A stretch of 24,415 bases of DNA from a virus (Duplodnaviria; Caudoviricetes): positions 1 to 24,415 of IMG/VR virus record IMGVR_UViG_3300022178_000484. One strand, written 5' to 3'. The position numbers and the translations under genes were made by a program. Of this stretch, positions 8,701 to 16,445 are shown piece by piece. A model generated the notes under the pieces. That model was not told the origin of the DNA and ran no database searches. It saw only the letters and a list, made by a program, of their open reading frames with translations. Numbering within the stretch: the first letter of the stretch is position 1; each line of letters starts with the position of its first letter.

Positions 8701-9953
8701 AAGAAGAAGCACTTCTTGAAGAGAACAGTGCTTACTGGACTAAGGGTAATACCCTTATGTATCTAGACAAACTTAAAAATGGACAGGCAGATTATGCAGA
8801 TTTGTCTTACATGCTACCGTATGAGTTCATGCTTGCCCCTGCTCGCGCCGCATTGCAGGTGTATGGAGAGAAGGGTGAAGTCGGAGCTAACGAAGCAGAA
8901 CAGATCTTCTCTGCAACGTGGGAAGGTTTTAAGAAGTTTGCAGAACCATTTGCTTCAGAAGGCCTAGCGGCTGAGAGAGTTATCGACGTAACAATACGAG
9001 ACGGTAAAACACAGACAGGGGCTGAGATCTACGAGACAGGGGAGATGTGGGGTGACAAAATATCTAAATCCTTGGTACACGTAACTGGGGCTTTTATGCC
9101 TGGAATTATTGATCAGTTTACAACAATCAAGGGTGGTCAGTTTGTTCCAGGTCGTGCTACTCGTGCTGTAACTGATTTACCTTCAAGAGACGGAGACCCT
9201 TACACCATAGCTGAAGAAGCTGGCACCATGCTCATTGGTGTTCGACCCATGAGACTCAAAGTAGATCGTAGTCTCGGATATGCTGGAGGTGAGTATTCTG
9301 CTAATAGATCCAGTGCCGTTCAGATCTTTACTAAAGTAGCCGACGATAATGACGCAGACGTTAACGATATTTTAGAAGCATATGTAAAAGCTAACGAAGC
9401 ACGTCGCAGACATCAAGCAGAACTTAGAGATAAGATGTTAAAAGCACAAGCTGCTGGCATGAGTGTACGTGAGATAACTCAAGCTTTCAAAGGCACAGGT
9501 GTTTCTTCAAGAGAAGTCCGTGACATTCTTAACAACCGATACACTCCCATAAAGGTTAGTAGAGATTTAATTCGTGAAGTTTCCAATGAAGTAAATGTAA
9601 AAAAAGAAAATAGAATTTTACGGAGAGTTCCTGTAGGGGAAATTAACAAACTGCGACGAACATTTATGAACACTCCAATAATAGGAGATACCGAACCCGC
9701 AACAGAGGAAAGAGTTGCACCAGCTTCTTCTTCTGGTTTGTTTGATGATTTACTCCAACAGAATGTTACACCAGAGGCCCCCGTAACAACTTCTTCTGGA
9801 ATATTTAACGATTTACTCCAACAACCTGCGACCTCATCAAAGCCTGTGACGCCAAAGCAAGTTGAAGATAAAACCAGAACTATACTGGGCACAGCAAGCA
9901 ATCCAATTTCTGCTTTAAGAGATCTAGAGATCTTCAGAAGCAGTACAGACTAG
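5769..9953 (+). CDS. Large internal virion/ejection protein, 1394 aa (GTG start)
   Basis: Last and largest gene of the virion block, Ala/Gly-rich and helical, with motifs such as DDYWK and P.VGNF.AFPAEI.R. Size and position match large podovirus ejection proteins. No catalytic motif recognised. Confidence 0.65.
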   Translation: MTGLFDDLLEQAEPSTKVESGTGLFDDLIEPETKPETDQTVVGSIGRGVGAGLVNIAQGLSELGAIPVEAAGVEGAQEATTEAFESLKDATGLRPDRAAGKVAETIATYATPGLGVFSWVSKADKARKALLAGTAAPKTRTIIGRSAVKFGEKAPAALTGTRAGRAALTTVGTGVADVLVSPSSMTTLADSWDAMPEFLRTEDEEGLTGKELTGVRLRNKFRLGLEGAGFNLGAEVVLPVVGATIKGIGQVPGVPALARGLSNTFDYMGDKILQAPVIGPRVKKYLTPDGLAPNEIMTALRTAEGMTEGQEKMASETIREYDKAVRSLIKFQGVRGLFRSGQERIQRTYNDTFDYMTGERGADGALLMSPERFVSEYGTKVKNATDKMRDQITDLSSMFRESIEESNLPREEIDRLQGLFDQNQATYIRRLYEINLRPEKFRGAPVREMPNYDAALAETEQAFRNRNARVQAAITAGRNVADGDMIVDDPRAAAELFIDEQFDRARLAMGELAPDAPQHIKYLVEGGKKVRTETRGNLFNLADGMLKDRSRILDEAPLLQEMMGVIRDPKEAFLRTVNDTSNTVAAQRLYGEVARSLGKTTFQDGLPALRQGQRPIIDGNNLTDQMVAQLEGFGYVRAGELNPERAFGGKFGSLSGDFIPGEIYNSLTTPMRSSSSVQEALAVSLQLKGLSQMTKTVLNPLSQVRNFLSNTFVVGANGLLGRNLGLFESADVLVSNALESPEQFKLLRSMADEGAIGQNIQINEMRRLLQEQTELGVSARLNKAGNAFRQSKLGAPVRFMEKTYGLGDDYWKVVGVLGEKARYGAALRKGGIDIDNVSPAVQDALVASGLAQRSRSIAGTEFGDLFAIDLVKQTMPTYSMVPEAIKALRRIPVVGNFMAFPAEIIRTTGNIVNRAVKEMGFKPTQQMIDELGVQNANRIARQVRGIGAQRLTGYISMAQVAPLAMRDAAHTILEVTPEEEALLEENSAYWTKGNTLMYLDKLKNGQADYADLSYMLPYEFMLAPARAALQVYGEKGEVGANEAEQIFSATWEGFKKFAEPFASEGLAAERVIDVTIRDGKTQTGAEIYETGEMWGDKISKSLVHVTGAFMPGIIDQFTTIKGGQFVPGRATRAVTDLPSRDGDPYTIAEEAGTMLIGVRPMRLKVDRSLGYAGGEYSANRSSAVQIFTKVADDNDADVNDILEAYVKANEARRRHQAELRDKMLKAQAAGMSVREITQAFKGTGVSSREVRDILNNRYTPIKVSRDLIREVSNEVNVKKENRILRRVPVGEINKLRRTFMNTPIIGDTEPATEERVAPASSSGLFDDLLQQNVTPEAPVTTSSGIFNDLLQQPATSSKPVTPKQVEDKTRTILGTASNPISALRDLEIFRSSTD
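9727..9823 (+). repeat. Imperfect 34-nt direct repeat, period 63 nt, encoding SSG(L/I)F(D/N)DLLQ
   Basis: cttcttctggtttgtttgatgatttactccaaca (9727-9760) versus cttcttctggaatatttaacgatttactccaaca (9790-9823). Confidence 0.85.
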
Positions 9954-10153
9954 TTCTCAATCTCAATCCTAACGCCCTTGCCTCCGAACATTCTAACCAG
10001 TTCGTCAGCCGATCCCTCTGTTTCCTTTAGGAGATCTTCATCACCGACCAGTACAGCTAGGTCAATGGCCCAACCCACAAAGTCCATGAGTGATTCGACC
10101 TGCATTGGATGCATGTCTCTCAGTCCAAGTGTTTTCATATCAGGGTCTATCAC
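9950..10153 (-). CDS. Hypothetical protein, 67 aa
   Basis: GTGA overlap with the polymerase stop and RBS GGAG upstream. Its stop shares CTAG with the convergent 1394-aa gene. Confidence 0.65.
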   Translation of the reverse strand: MIDPDMKTLGLRDMHPMQVESLMDFVGWAIDLAVLVGDEDLLKETEGSADELVRMFGGKGVRIEIEN

Positions 10154-12057
10154 TCGATTTCTCCCCAGTTGTCCTTGAGTTCGTCGTCTACTTTAGAGGG
10201 GACTTTCAAGACATCCGACAACCCATTTTCCATTATGTGCTTGATGTTGTGAGCTTGGTCGTCACCCTCTACTGAAAAGCATAACTCATCATGAACCGTG
10301 AGCATAGGTAAAAGTCCCTCGTTGTAACAATCAAGCATCGCCTTTTTAGTTTGGTCGGCTGCTGATCCTTGGATTAATTTGTTTAATGCCTTGTAAGTAA
10401 AGGCTCTTCTCAAGGGCTGACCATATTCTTTCATGGCATCTTCATAGGGCAACGGCTTCTTGTATCCAAATGTCCTTGGCTCCCACAGGTGGAAACGACA
10501 ACGACGACCTAGTATTGTGCGAACCTGTCCTGTGTTTGACGCCTGTTTACTAGCCAAGTCTGCAAGGCCTTTAACAAACGGCACCTTCTCACGGTGTGTT
10601 GCTAATAGTTCCCCTGCTTCATCGGTTGAGATATCTAGCTGTGCGGCGAGTTTACCTTTACCCATACCGTACATGATACCCAGGTTCACGACCTTTGCTT
10701 CTTTACGTTTAATCCCTGCTATGTCCGCCACCATCTGGTGCAGATCCACATCACCGCTGTGGTATTCATCAACAATCTTATCAACGATGGGGTGTCTGAA
10801 ATCTCCCTTCAGGCTTGCCGCAAAGTGCACCAGTAACCTCGGCTCTTGGCTCGAATAGTCAAACGATCCCCACTTGGTTCCTTCTTCTGGTATAAACAGG
10901 CCACGTATCATCTTCTTAATTTCTGGATCTCGTGCAGGAATCTGCTGTAAGTTTGGATTGGACGACGAGAATCGCCCAGTTACAGTCCCACCGTCATCGG
11001 AACGAAGCTGATGGAACTCGCAATGGATACGACCCTTGTGCTCATGCTTCATAATTGTTTCAATGAAGGTGCTATCAGCCTTGTCAAATTCACGTAGCCT
11101 GACGATCATTTGTGCAATAGGGTGCTGATGGGTGTTGAGATACTGTTTGGTGAATGAGGGGGAACCTGCGTCAGTCTTAGGGTATGCTAGGTTTAACTCC
11201 TCAAACACTGCGGCTACTGATGCCGCTGCCCATGGCTCAATCTTGATTTGAGTTTGTTTAAATATCTCGTCCTTGATTTGTTTGGATTTAGTCTTGAGAA
11301 GTTTCTTAGCTTGCCCTGCTTTATCCAGATCCACACGCACACCCAACTGGCGCATGTCACACATCATCGGGATCAGGCTTGTCTCTAAGTTCCAGATGTT
11401 CCAAAGGTCTTGCTTATCCAGTTCTATCTTCAGGCGTTCCCACAAACGCAGGGTCATCCCTGCATCCTGTTCAGCATACCGTCCTACAGACTCAGGCGGT
11501 AGCCTGTACATCTCTGCTTTGGGATCGAAGCCCCACTCTGCTGCTGATACACGGAGTAACTTCTCATCTTTTCGTTCATCGAGGTAATCACGACCTAGAT
11601 TGTTTAGGCTGTATGACCAACGGTTCTCATCAACCACCGCCCCTGTAATCATGGTATCGATGATGCGCCCTTCAACCTTTATGCCCTCGGCACGTAACCA
11701 ACCCAGATCGTAAGTAGCATTGTGCATGATCTTATCTATGTCGGGTGTTGCCATCTGTTTCTGTAGCCACTTGAGCGCGATCCTTGCATCCATGTTGTGA
11801 CCGTTCTCGTGCCGGATCGGGAAGTAACCCTGCCAATCTCCTGCGGCTACGGCTATACCTACAACGTATCCATCTTTACGAACCCATCCTGGGCCTAACG
11901 TCGTCAGGTTTGGATCACATGTTTCTAGATCGATTGCGATCTGTTTATACTTTGTAAGGTCAGGAAACTCTGATGGAATGTTCCACGTTAGTTCCTTTCC
12001 TTGGTTCATCTGCTTTGCAATAACATGATCTTTCTCAAATAGATTACCTTGATTCAT
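10150..12057 (-). CDS. polA: Family A DNA polymerase with 3'-5' exonuclease, Leu762 type
   Basis: ExoI IAIDLET, ExoII HNATYD, ExoIII YAEQD; TGRFSSSNPNLQQIP; motif A DYSSQEPR, motif B RKEAKVVNLGIMYG, motif C VHDE. Start placed at ATG 12057 rather than TTG 12063. Confidence 0.97.
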   Translation of the reverse strand: MNQGNLFEKDHVIAKQMNQGKELTWNIPSEFPDLTKYKQIAIDLETCDPNLTTLGPGWVRKDGYVVGIAVAAGDWQGYFPIRHENGHNMDARIALKWLQKQMATPDIDKIMHNATYDLGWLRAEGIKVEGRIIDTMITGAVVDENRWSYSLNNLGRDYLDERKDEKLLRVSAAEWGFDPKAEMYRLPPESVGRYAEQDAGMTLRLWERLKIELDKQDLWNIWNLETSLIPMMCDMRQLGVRVDLDKAGQAKKLLKTKSKQIKDEIFKQTQIKIEPWAAASVAAVFEELNLAYPKTDAGSPSFTKQYLNTHQHPIAQMIVRLREFDKADSTFIETIMKHEHKGRIHCEFHQLRSDDGGTVTGRFSSSNPNLQQIPARDPEIKKMIRGLFIPEEGTKWGSFDYSSQEPRLLVHFAASLKGDFRHPIVDKIVDEYHSGDVDLHQMVADIAGIKRKEAKVVNLGIMYGMGKGKLAAQLDISTDEAGELLATHREKVPFVKGLADLASKQASNTGQVRTILGRRCRFHLWEPRTFGYKKPLPYEDAMKEYGQPLRRAFTYKALNKLIQGSAADQTKKAMLDCYNEGLLPMLTVHDELCFSVEGDDQAHNIKHIMENGLSDVLKVPSKVDDELKDNWGEIE

Positions 12058-12331
12058 CTTCAAACTCTGCTCCCAATGCTGAATATCCGCACTTGTCGAT
12101 CCACGAATCTTTGTGGTCGATGGTCTCTAACAATCGACAGGTCTTCACCCAGTCCATCATCAGAGCCACATGCTTTGCTGTTATTTTATTATGTGTTGTG
12201 AATGCGTCCTGTACTATTACATTCCAACCAGTTGCTATTCGGTCGAAGTTATCCTTCGCATCTCCATAGTCTTTTGCTCTGTTACCGTTGATCAGTTCTT
12301 TCGCTGTATCTAGATAGTCGTTGCGTTTCAT
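12044..12331 (-). CDS. DUF6378-like small helical phage protein, 95 aa
   Basis: Pattern R..DYG...NF.RIA..W...V..MM...K..R......DSW.D..GY.ALG.E. ATG 12331 overlaps the upstream TGA (ATGA). Confidence 0.75.
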   Translation of the reverse strand: MKRNDYLDTAKELINGNRAKDYGDAKDNFDRIATGWNVIVQDAFTTHNKITAKHVALMMDWVKTCRLLETIDHKDSWIDKCGYSALGAEFEDESR

Positions 12332-13137
12332 CCTGTACATTCTCCCTCATCTTTTTGACAGAGGAAAGCTTCGTCATCAAAGATCCAATCCCCCTGTCTG
12401 CCTACAAACTCTCCCAGTTCTTTGTACGTGCGTACATCATGGAATGATCTGTCCTTTGTTTCTTCCCAGTTTTGCCACCACTTCATGCGGTCTGGATACT
12501 CACGCCACATAGCCGCCAGTGTCGCTTCGCTTTTCAAGAAACAACCGTCACAGTTTCCTGATCCTGGGGTAATCTTTAAATCAAACCCATGCTGTTTCCA
12601 GAAGAACATAACATCCTGCTTCGTGACCCCTGCATCTGCCAGTGGAAACCAGTTGTCCCACCGTTTATCCTTACTTGGTTTTACCCGCTTGGCTTCGTCT
12701 GCTCTGATACCTACGGTGTTTGTCCAGTGTTCCCATTCGATAGACAGGAGATACCGCCGCATAGTCTTGACCTTTAACTCTTGAGTGCAGGATCTACGGA
12801 ATACATTTGGTAGCATGTTGAACGATAGGTACTTGTCAAACGGCTCTCCCTCTCGCGCTGCGGAGTCCCAACTAACAGTCTCAAAATGTGCCTTGCCATT
12901 CTGGTATCGGTTGGATGGTGCCCTCGAATACTCAAGCCATGTAATGTCTACGCCCCAGTTTTTCTCTACGTTGTGTACAAAGTCCAATGTCCCTGGCATT
13001 TCACGTCCAGTGTTAGCAAACAAAACCTTCACTCGATCAGGTAGATCTCCGTTTGCTTCCAGTATCCTATGCAACATATACCCAGAGGTACGACCACCAC
13101 TGAAACTAATAAGAACATTGCCATCGGGTAGTTTCAT
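12328..13137 (-). CDS. PAPS-reductase/CysH/DndC-superfamily PP-loop protein with probable Fe-S cysteines, 269 aa
   Basis: PP-loop ISFSGGRTS, FANTGRE, RRSCTQELKV, GIRADE, WFPL, GNCDGCFLK and a C-terminal C-x6-C. Confidence 0.85.
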   Translation of the reverse strand: MKLPDGNVLISFSGGRTSGYMLHRILEANGDLPDRVKVLFANTGREMPGTLDFVHNVEKNWGVDITWLEYSRAPSNRYQNGKAHFETVSWDSAAREGEPFDKYLSFNMLPNVFRRSCTQELKVKTMRRYLLSIEWEHWTNTVGIRADEAKRVKPSKDKRWDNWFPLADAGVTKQDVMFFWKQHGFDLKITPGSGNCDGCFLKSEATLAAMWREYPDRMKWWQNWEETKDRSFHDVRTYKELGEFVGRQGDWIFDDEAFLCQKDEGECTG

Positions 13138-14663
13138 ATCTCGTACCTGTACTTCTTGTCTGACTCTATAAGGTAGAGATTCTGCTTGGCACGAGTTACT
13201 GCCACATAAAATATCCTGTCTTCATCCTCTGGGTGTTTGCCCTCTACACATGATTTGGTAGATCCCAAGTATACCGCTACGTTGTCATCCTCACCACCCT
13301 TCATGGCATGGATCGTAGAGATCTTGATCCTTGGTTCTTTGTATATGCTCTCACCCCTACGCTCAACTGATCTAATGTAAATCTTTTCTTCATCCGATAA
13401 ACGTATGATATCTGTTTGATCTGTACTGATCGGGGCTAATAAACCAAACTCCCTGACCAGTTTGTCATAGGTCAACAGTTCGTCTGGGCCAGCCGCATCC
13501 AACAGTTTTATAGATCCACGTTTAACGACCGCTCCCTTTCCTACTTTGGGCACCATCTCATACATCTTCCTAACCCTACCAACATACACACCTTTACCGC
13601 TACTGATATCCTTCCACACAGACATAGCCTCTAGTTTCTTTTCTGGAACAGACCACCGACCCTTACGGCTATAGAAGTATTCATTCTGCTCCAAGAACTC
13701 TGCTATGTCGTTCACAAACGAGTTGGTTCTTGCCATGATTGTCCATGAACCTCGATCCAACGGCAATGCCCACAGGCTCATGACCCTCGTAACTCTGCCC
13801 TCTTCTTGTTTTGGATAGAACTCTTTCTCCAGTCTACCTGGTATACGGTGTGAGATGTCCATAGAAAGTTCCCAGACGCTCCGTGGTAAGCGATACGACT
13901 GATTGAGTACCTCAACCCTATCTGTGCAGTTGATGAAGTCATCGACGTTTACAGAAGTCCAACGGTGGATAGCCTGATCATCATCCCCCGCAATCAATAC
14001 CTCGTCCGCATGTTCGGACATCTTCTTCACCATCTCCCATTGTAATGGTGTAAGATCTTGGGCTTCATCGACAATCAGAAGATCTAAGTTCGGTGGCTCT
14101 GCTATATCTATGTACTTGGCAATCATGTCGGAGAAATCTACACGATTGGTTTTGGACTTGTACTCAAGCAATTGCTTTTCAATCTGCACAAGCTTGGAGA
14201 AACTTAGGTCGTGATCGTCCTCGTAGTTAAACTCAAAGTCCAAGTCAGACATCCGATAGACCGACCGCATAATGATCTGTAAGTACTTGGCTCCTGATCC
14301 TTTCACGATCGGCATAACGATACCGTCGTTCATTGAGGTGTTATCTGCACCGTCGAAGTCCAATGCAAGCATCTTCCCTAGTCTTTGAAAATCCTGACGG
14401 CTCAACACGTCTCCTTGGGATAGGCCCAACCCATGATACCCAGTTGCATGTAGAGTCTTGAAGTGTGGAAAGTCTTGCTTGGTTAAACTGAATTTGGCAC
14501 AGGCTCGATCAACAAACTCACCTATCGCCTTGGTGGTAAAGGAGACCACACCAATTCGCGAAGGATGCACACCTTCTTCAAGCTTTGCCTGTACTCGTTC
14601 AATCAAAGTATAAGTCTTGCCGCAACCTGGAGGTCCCAAGATCAGCGTAGCATTATCAATCAT
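13134..14663 (-). CDS. Superfamily 1 (UvrD/Rep/RecB-like) DNA helicase, 509 aa
   Basis: Walker A GPPGCGKT, motif II VDEAQD, III GDDDQAI, IV QSYR, V STIHAMKGGE, VI YVAVTRAK. Confidence 0.93.
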   Translation of the reverse strand: MIDNATLILGPPGCGKTYTLIERVQAKLEEGVHPSRIGVVSFTTKAIGEFVDRACAKFSLTKQDFPHFKTLHATGYHGLGLSQGDVLSRQDFQRLGKMLALDFDGADNTSMNDGIVMPIVKGSGAKYLQIIMRSVYRMSDLDFEFNYEDDHDLSFSKLVQIEKQLLEYKSKTNRVDFSDMIAKYIDIAEPPNLDLLIVDEAQDLTPLQWEMVKKMSEHADEVLIAGDDDQAIHRWTSVNVDDFINCTDRVEVLNQSYRLPRSVWELSMDISHRIPGRLEKEFYPKQEEGRVTRVMSLWALPLDRGSWTIMARTNSFVNDIAEFLEQNEYFYSRKGRWSVPEKKLEAMSVWKDISSGKGVYVGRVRKMYEMVPKVGKGAVVKRGSIKLLDAAGPDELLTYDKLVREFGLLAPISTDQTDIIRLSDEEKIYIRSVERRGESIYKEPRIKISTIHAMKGGEDDNVAVYLGSTKSCVEGKHPEDEDRIFYVAVTRAKQNLYLIESDKKYRYEI

Positions 14664-14859
14664 CGGTACGACGACCTTCTAACCACTCGTCAATGTCCTG
14701 TCTACTCCAACGACTGGCAGATCTCTGAGCATCCCCACTGCCAAACTTGTATGGCTTTGGAAAGTTTCCCTCGTTTACCCACTTGTATATGGCGGACTCG
14801 GATACATCGAGCCAGTCAGCCACATCCTTGGCCTTCAAAAAATTAGAACGGTATTTCAT
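14656..14859 (-). CDS. AlpA/excisionase-like winged HTH DNA-binding protein, 67 aa
   Basis: FLKAKDVADWLDVSESAIYKWVNEGNFPKP...SRW...DIDEWL matches the AlpA/Xis pattern. RBS AAGGAG lies inside the primase 3' end. Confidence 0.85.
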   Translation of the reverse strand: MKYRSNFLKAKDVADWLDVSESAIYKWVNEGNFPKPYKFGSGDAQRSASRWSRQDIDEWLEGRRTDD

Positions 14860-16381
14860 TGTCCATCTCCTTTATAGGTATTGCTACCTCATCGTTCTCA
14901 AATGCCGGAACCCACCACACACGAACGGTGGTTCTTGATCCATCTTCCTTAGTTATTGCTTTATGACCATGACATTCTCGGTCATCATTTAATTTCTTCA
15001 GCTGCTCTTGGATCTGTGCCCTTGTAAAAGCAGTAAACCTACGGTTGTACAAAAACTCTGTCAGACCTACCATGGTAAACGATGTATACCCTTGGTTATC
15101 TGTCCATGGTTTACCCTGTAACAGTTCTTCTGGGTGCAACGCTCTGATACGACTTGTACAGTATGCTTTGAGCAATGCTTTAAACTCACCGCTAACTGTT
15201 AGTTCTTCTGGTACTTCTTGTGAGGTAGACTCTATCATTAGTTTTTGAAGCAAAGCTTGCCAAGTTTTTGGTCTCATTAAAGGTGGTACAACTTGCGCTT
15301 GTTCCATACAAGCACGTTGAAATAGCGTTTGGTTCTGAAGCTGTTCCGTGTTTAATTGGATACGTTGTCCCGCCACTGTAAGAAAGTATAGCCTGGGTTC
15401 AGACTTAATAATCATCAAGTTTTGTACTTCTATGTCAGATCCTGTGTCCCCGATACCAAACTTCATGGACATGCAGAGTTCTTTATCACAGTAACTCTTG
15501 AACGGTTCCTGTTCGCACGTATAAAAATATTCTTTCTTATCTAAACTCTTCTGTAATCCTAAGACTTCTTTGGCTTCTAGCGGTGGAGAAAACAACTGTT
15601 GGTTCATTGTCTCCATCTCAGCTTTCCAATTGTCCCCATGCTTCATCCGACAATACACACCAAGCATAAACAGTTTCTTGTTGCGATCCTCACCAGACGG
15701 GCCATCACGAAACAAATGCTGAAGACATGGCGGAGCATCCGACAATAGTTTCCTCGGCTTGTTGTTCTTGGATCTCAGCCCCTCCAGTTCCGAAACATGG
15801 ATCTTGGATTTCTCTATGGCTTTGAGGAAGTCCTCAATCTCCATGGCCTCAACCTTTTCGTTGAAGCAATATCTTTGTGGCAATTCCGCACTGAAGTATG
15901 GCAAGTTTATGAAGTTACCTACGTCGCCCCTGTCCGCTAGGATAATGTCCTGCTTCGGGAAGATCTCACAGCCACTGTGCCCAATAGCAACTGCCATCTC
16001 TAGCAGATACTCTCGCACAACCTTTGCCTGTTCGTACTCTTTTAAGAACAGATACAAATGTGCACCGCCAGACTTCGATCTGCAATGCAGCAACGGTAGC
16101 TTTAGTTTCTGTATTCGACGCTGTAGTTCGTTGTGATCCAGGTCATAGATATCTATGTCCAAGGCACCCCACCTACATTTGTTTTCCTCATTGATCGGGA
16201 TAGCCCCGACCCCCTGCTCACCATCAATGTGTCCTTGCATAATCTTAACTGTTAATGCTTGCCGTACAATCCTACTGTCAGCATCGGCCTTACCATTTCT
16301 GCCAATCCGACCCACTGTAGTTGTACCATGTGCAACCTTCGAACCCTCGAAGGCCGCAAGCATTTCGTCTGCTAATGACAT
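14843..16381 (-). CDS. Archaeo-eukaryotic-primase (AEP/PrimPol)-type primase with a Cys-containing accessory domain, 512 aa
   Basis: Motif I WGALDID, motif II RSKSGGAHLYLF, EIFPKQ and GNFINLPY; PPC...C.....C...C region resembling a primase C-terminal domain. RBS AGGAG. Confidence 0.8.
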   Translation of the reverse strand: MSLADEMLAAFEGSKVAHGTTTVGRIGRNGKADADSRIVRQALTVKIMQGHIDGEQGVGAIPINEENKCRWGALDIDIYDLDHNELQRRIQKLKLPLLHCRSKSGGAHLYLFLKEYEQAKVVREYLLEMAVAIGHSGCEIFPKQDIILADRGDVGNFINLPYFSAELPQRYCFNEKVEAMEIEDFLKAIEKSKIHVSELEGLRSKNNKPRKLLSDAPPCLQHLFRDGPSGEDRNKKLFMLGVYCRMKHGDNWKAEMETMNQQLFSPPLEAKEVLGLQKSLDKKEYFYTCEQEPFKSYCDKELCMSMKFGIGDTGSDIEVQNLMIIKSEPRLYFLTVAGQRIQLNTEQLQNQTLFQRACMEQAQVVPPLMRPKTWQALLQKLMIESTSQEVPEELTVSGEFKALLKAYCTSRIRALHPEELLQGKPWTDNQGYTSFTMVGLTEFLYNRRFTAFTRAQIQEQLKKLNDDRECHGHKAITKEDGSRTTVRVWWVPAFENDEVAIPIKEMDNEIPF

Positions 16382-16403
16382 GCTTGGCTCCTGTTAGGTG
16401 AAA

Positions 16404-16439
16404 GACACGGTAAATCTTTTTGAGAAAACTTACCGTGCC
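16404..16439 (-). terminator. 15-bp RNA hairpin between the SSB-like gene and the primase (attenuator/terminator or processing site)
   Basis: The minus strand GGCACGGUAAGUUUU-CUCAAA-AAGAUUUACCGUGUC pairs fully with 3 G-U wobbles. It is followed by UUUC and then the primase RBS. Confidence 0.6.
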
Positions 16440-16445
16440 AAGTTT

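Noticed and set aside
12328-13137. Calling this gene cysH (a sulfur-assimilation auxiliary metabolic gene)
   Set aside because: It lacks the CC pair and the ECGLH tail of true APS/PAPS reductases, so only superfamily membership is supported.
14656-14859. Prophage or integration module implied by the AlpA/Xis-like gene
   Set aside because: No integrase, att-like repeat or host gene is present in the window, so lifestyle cannot be determined.
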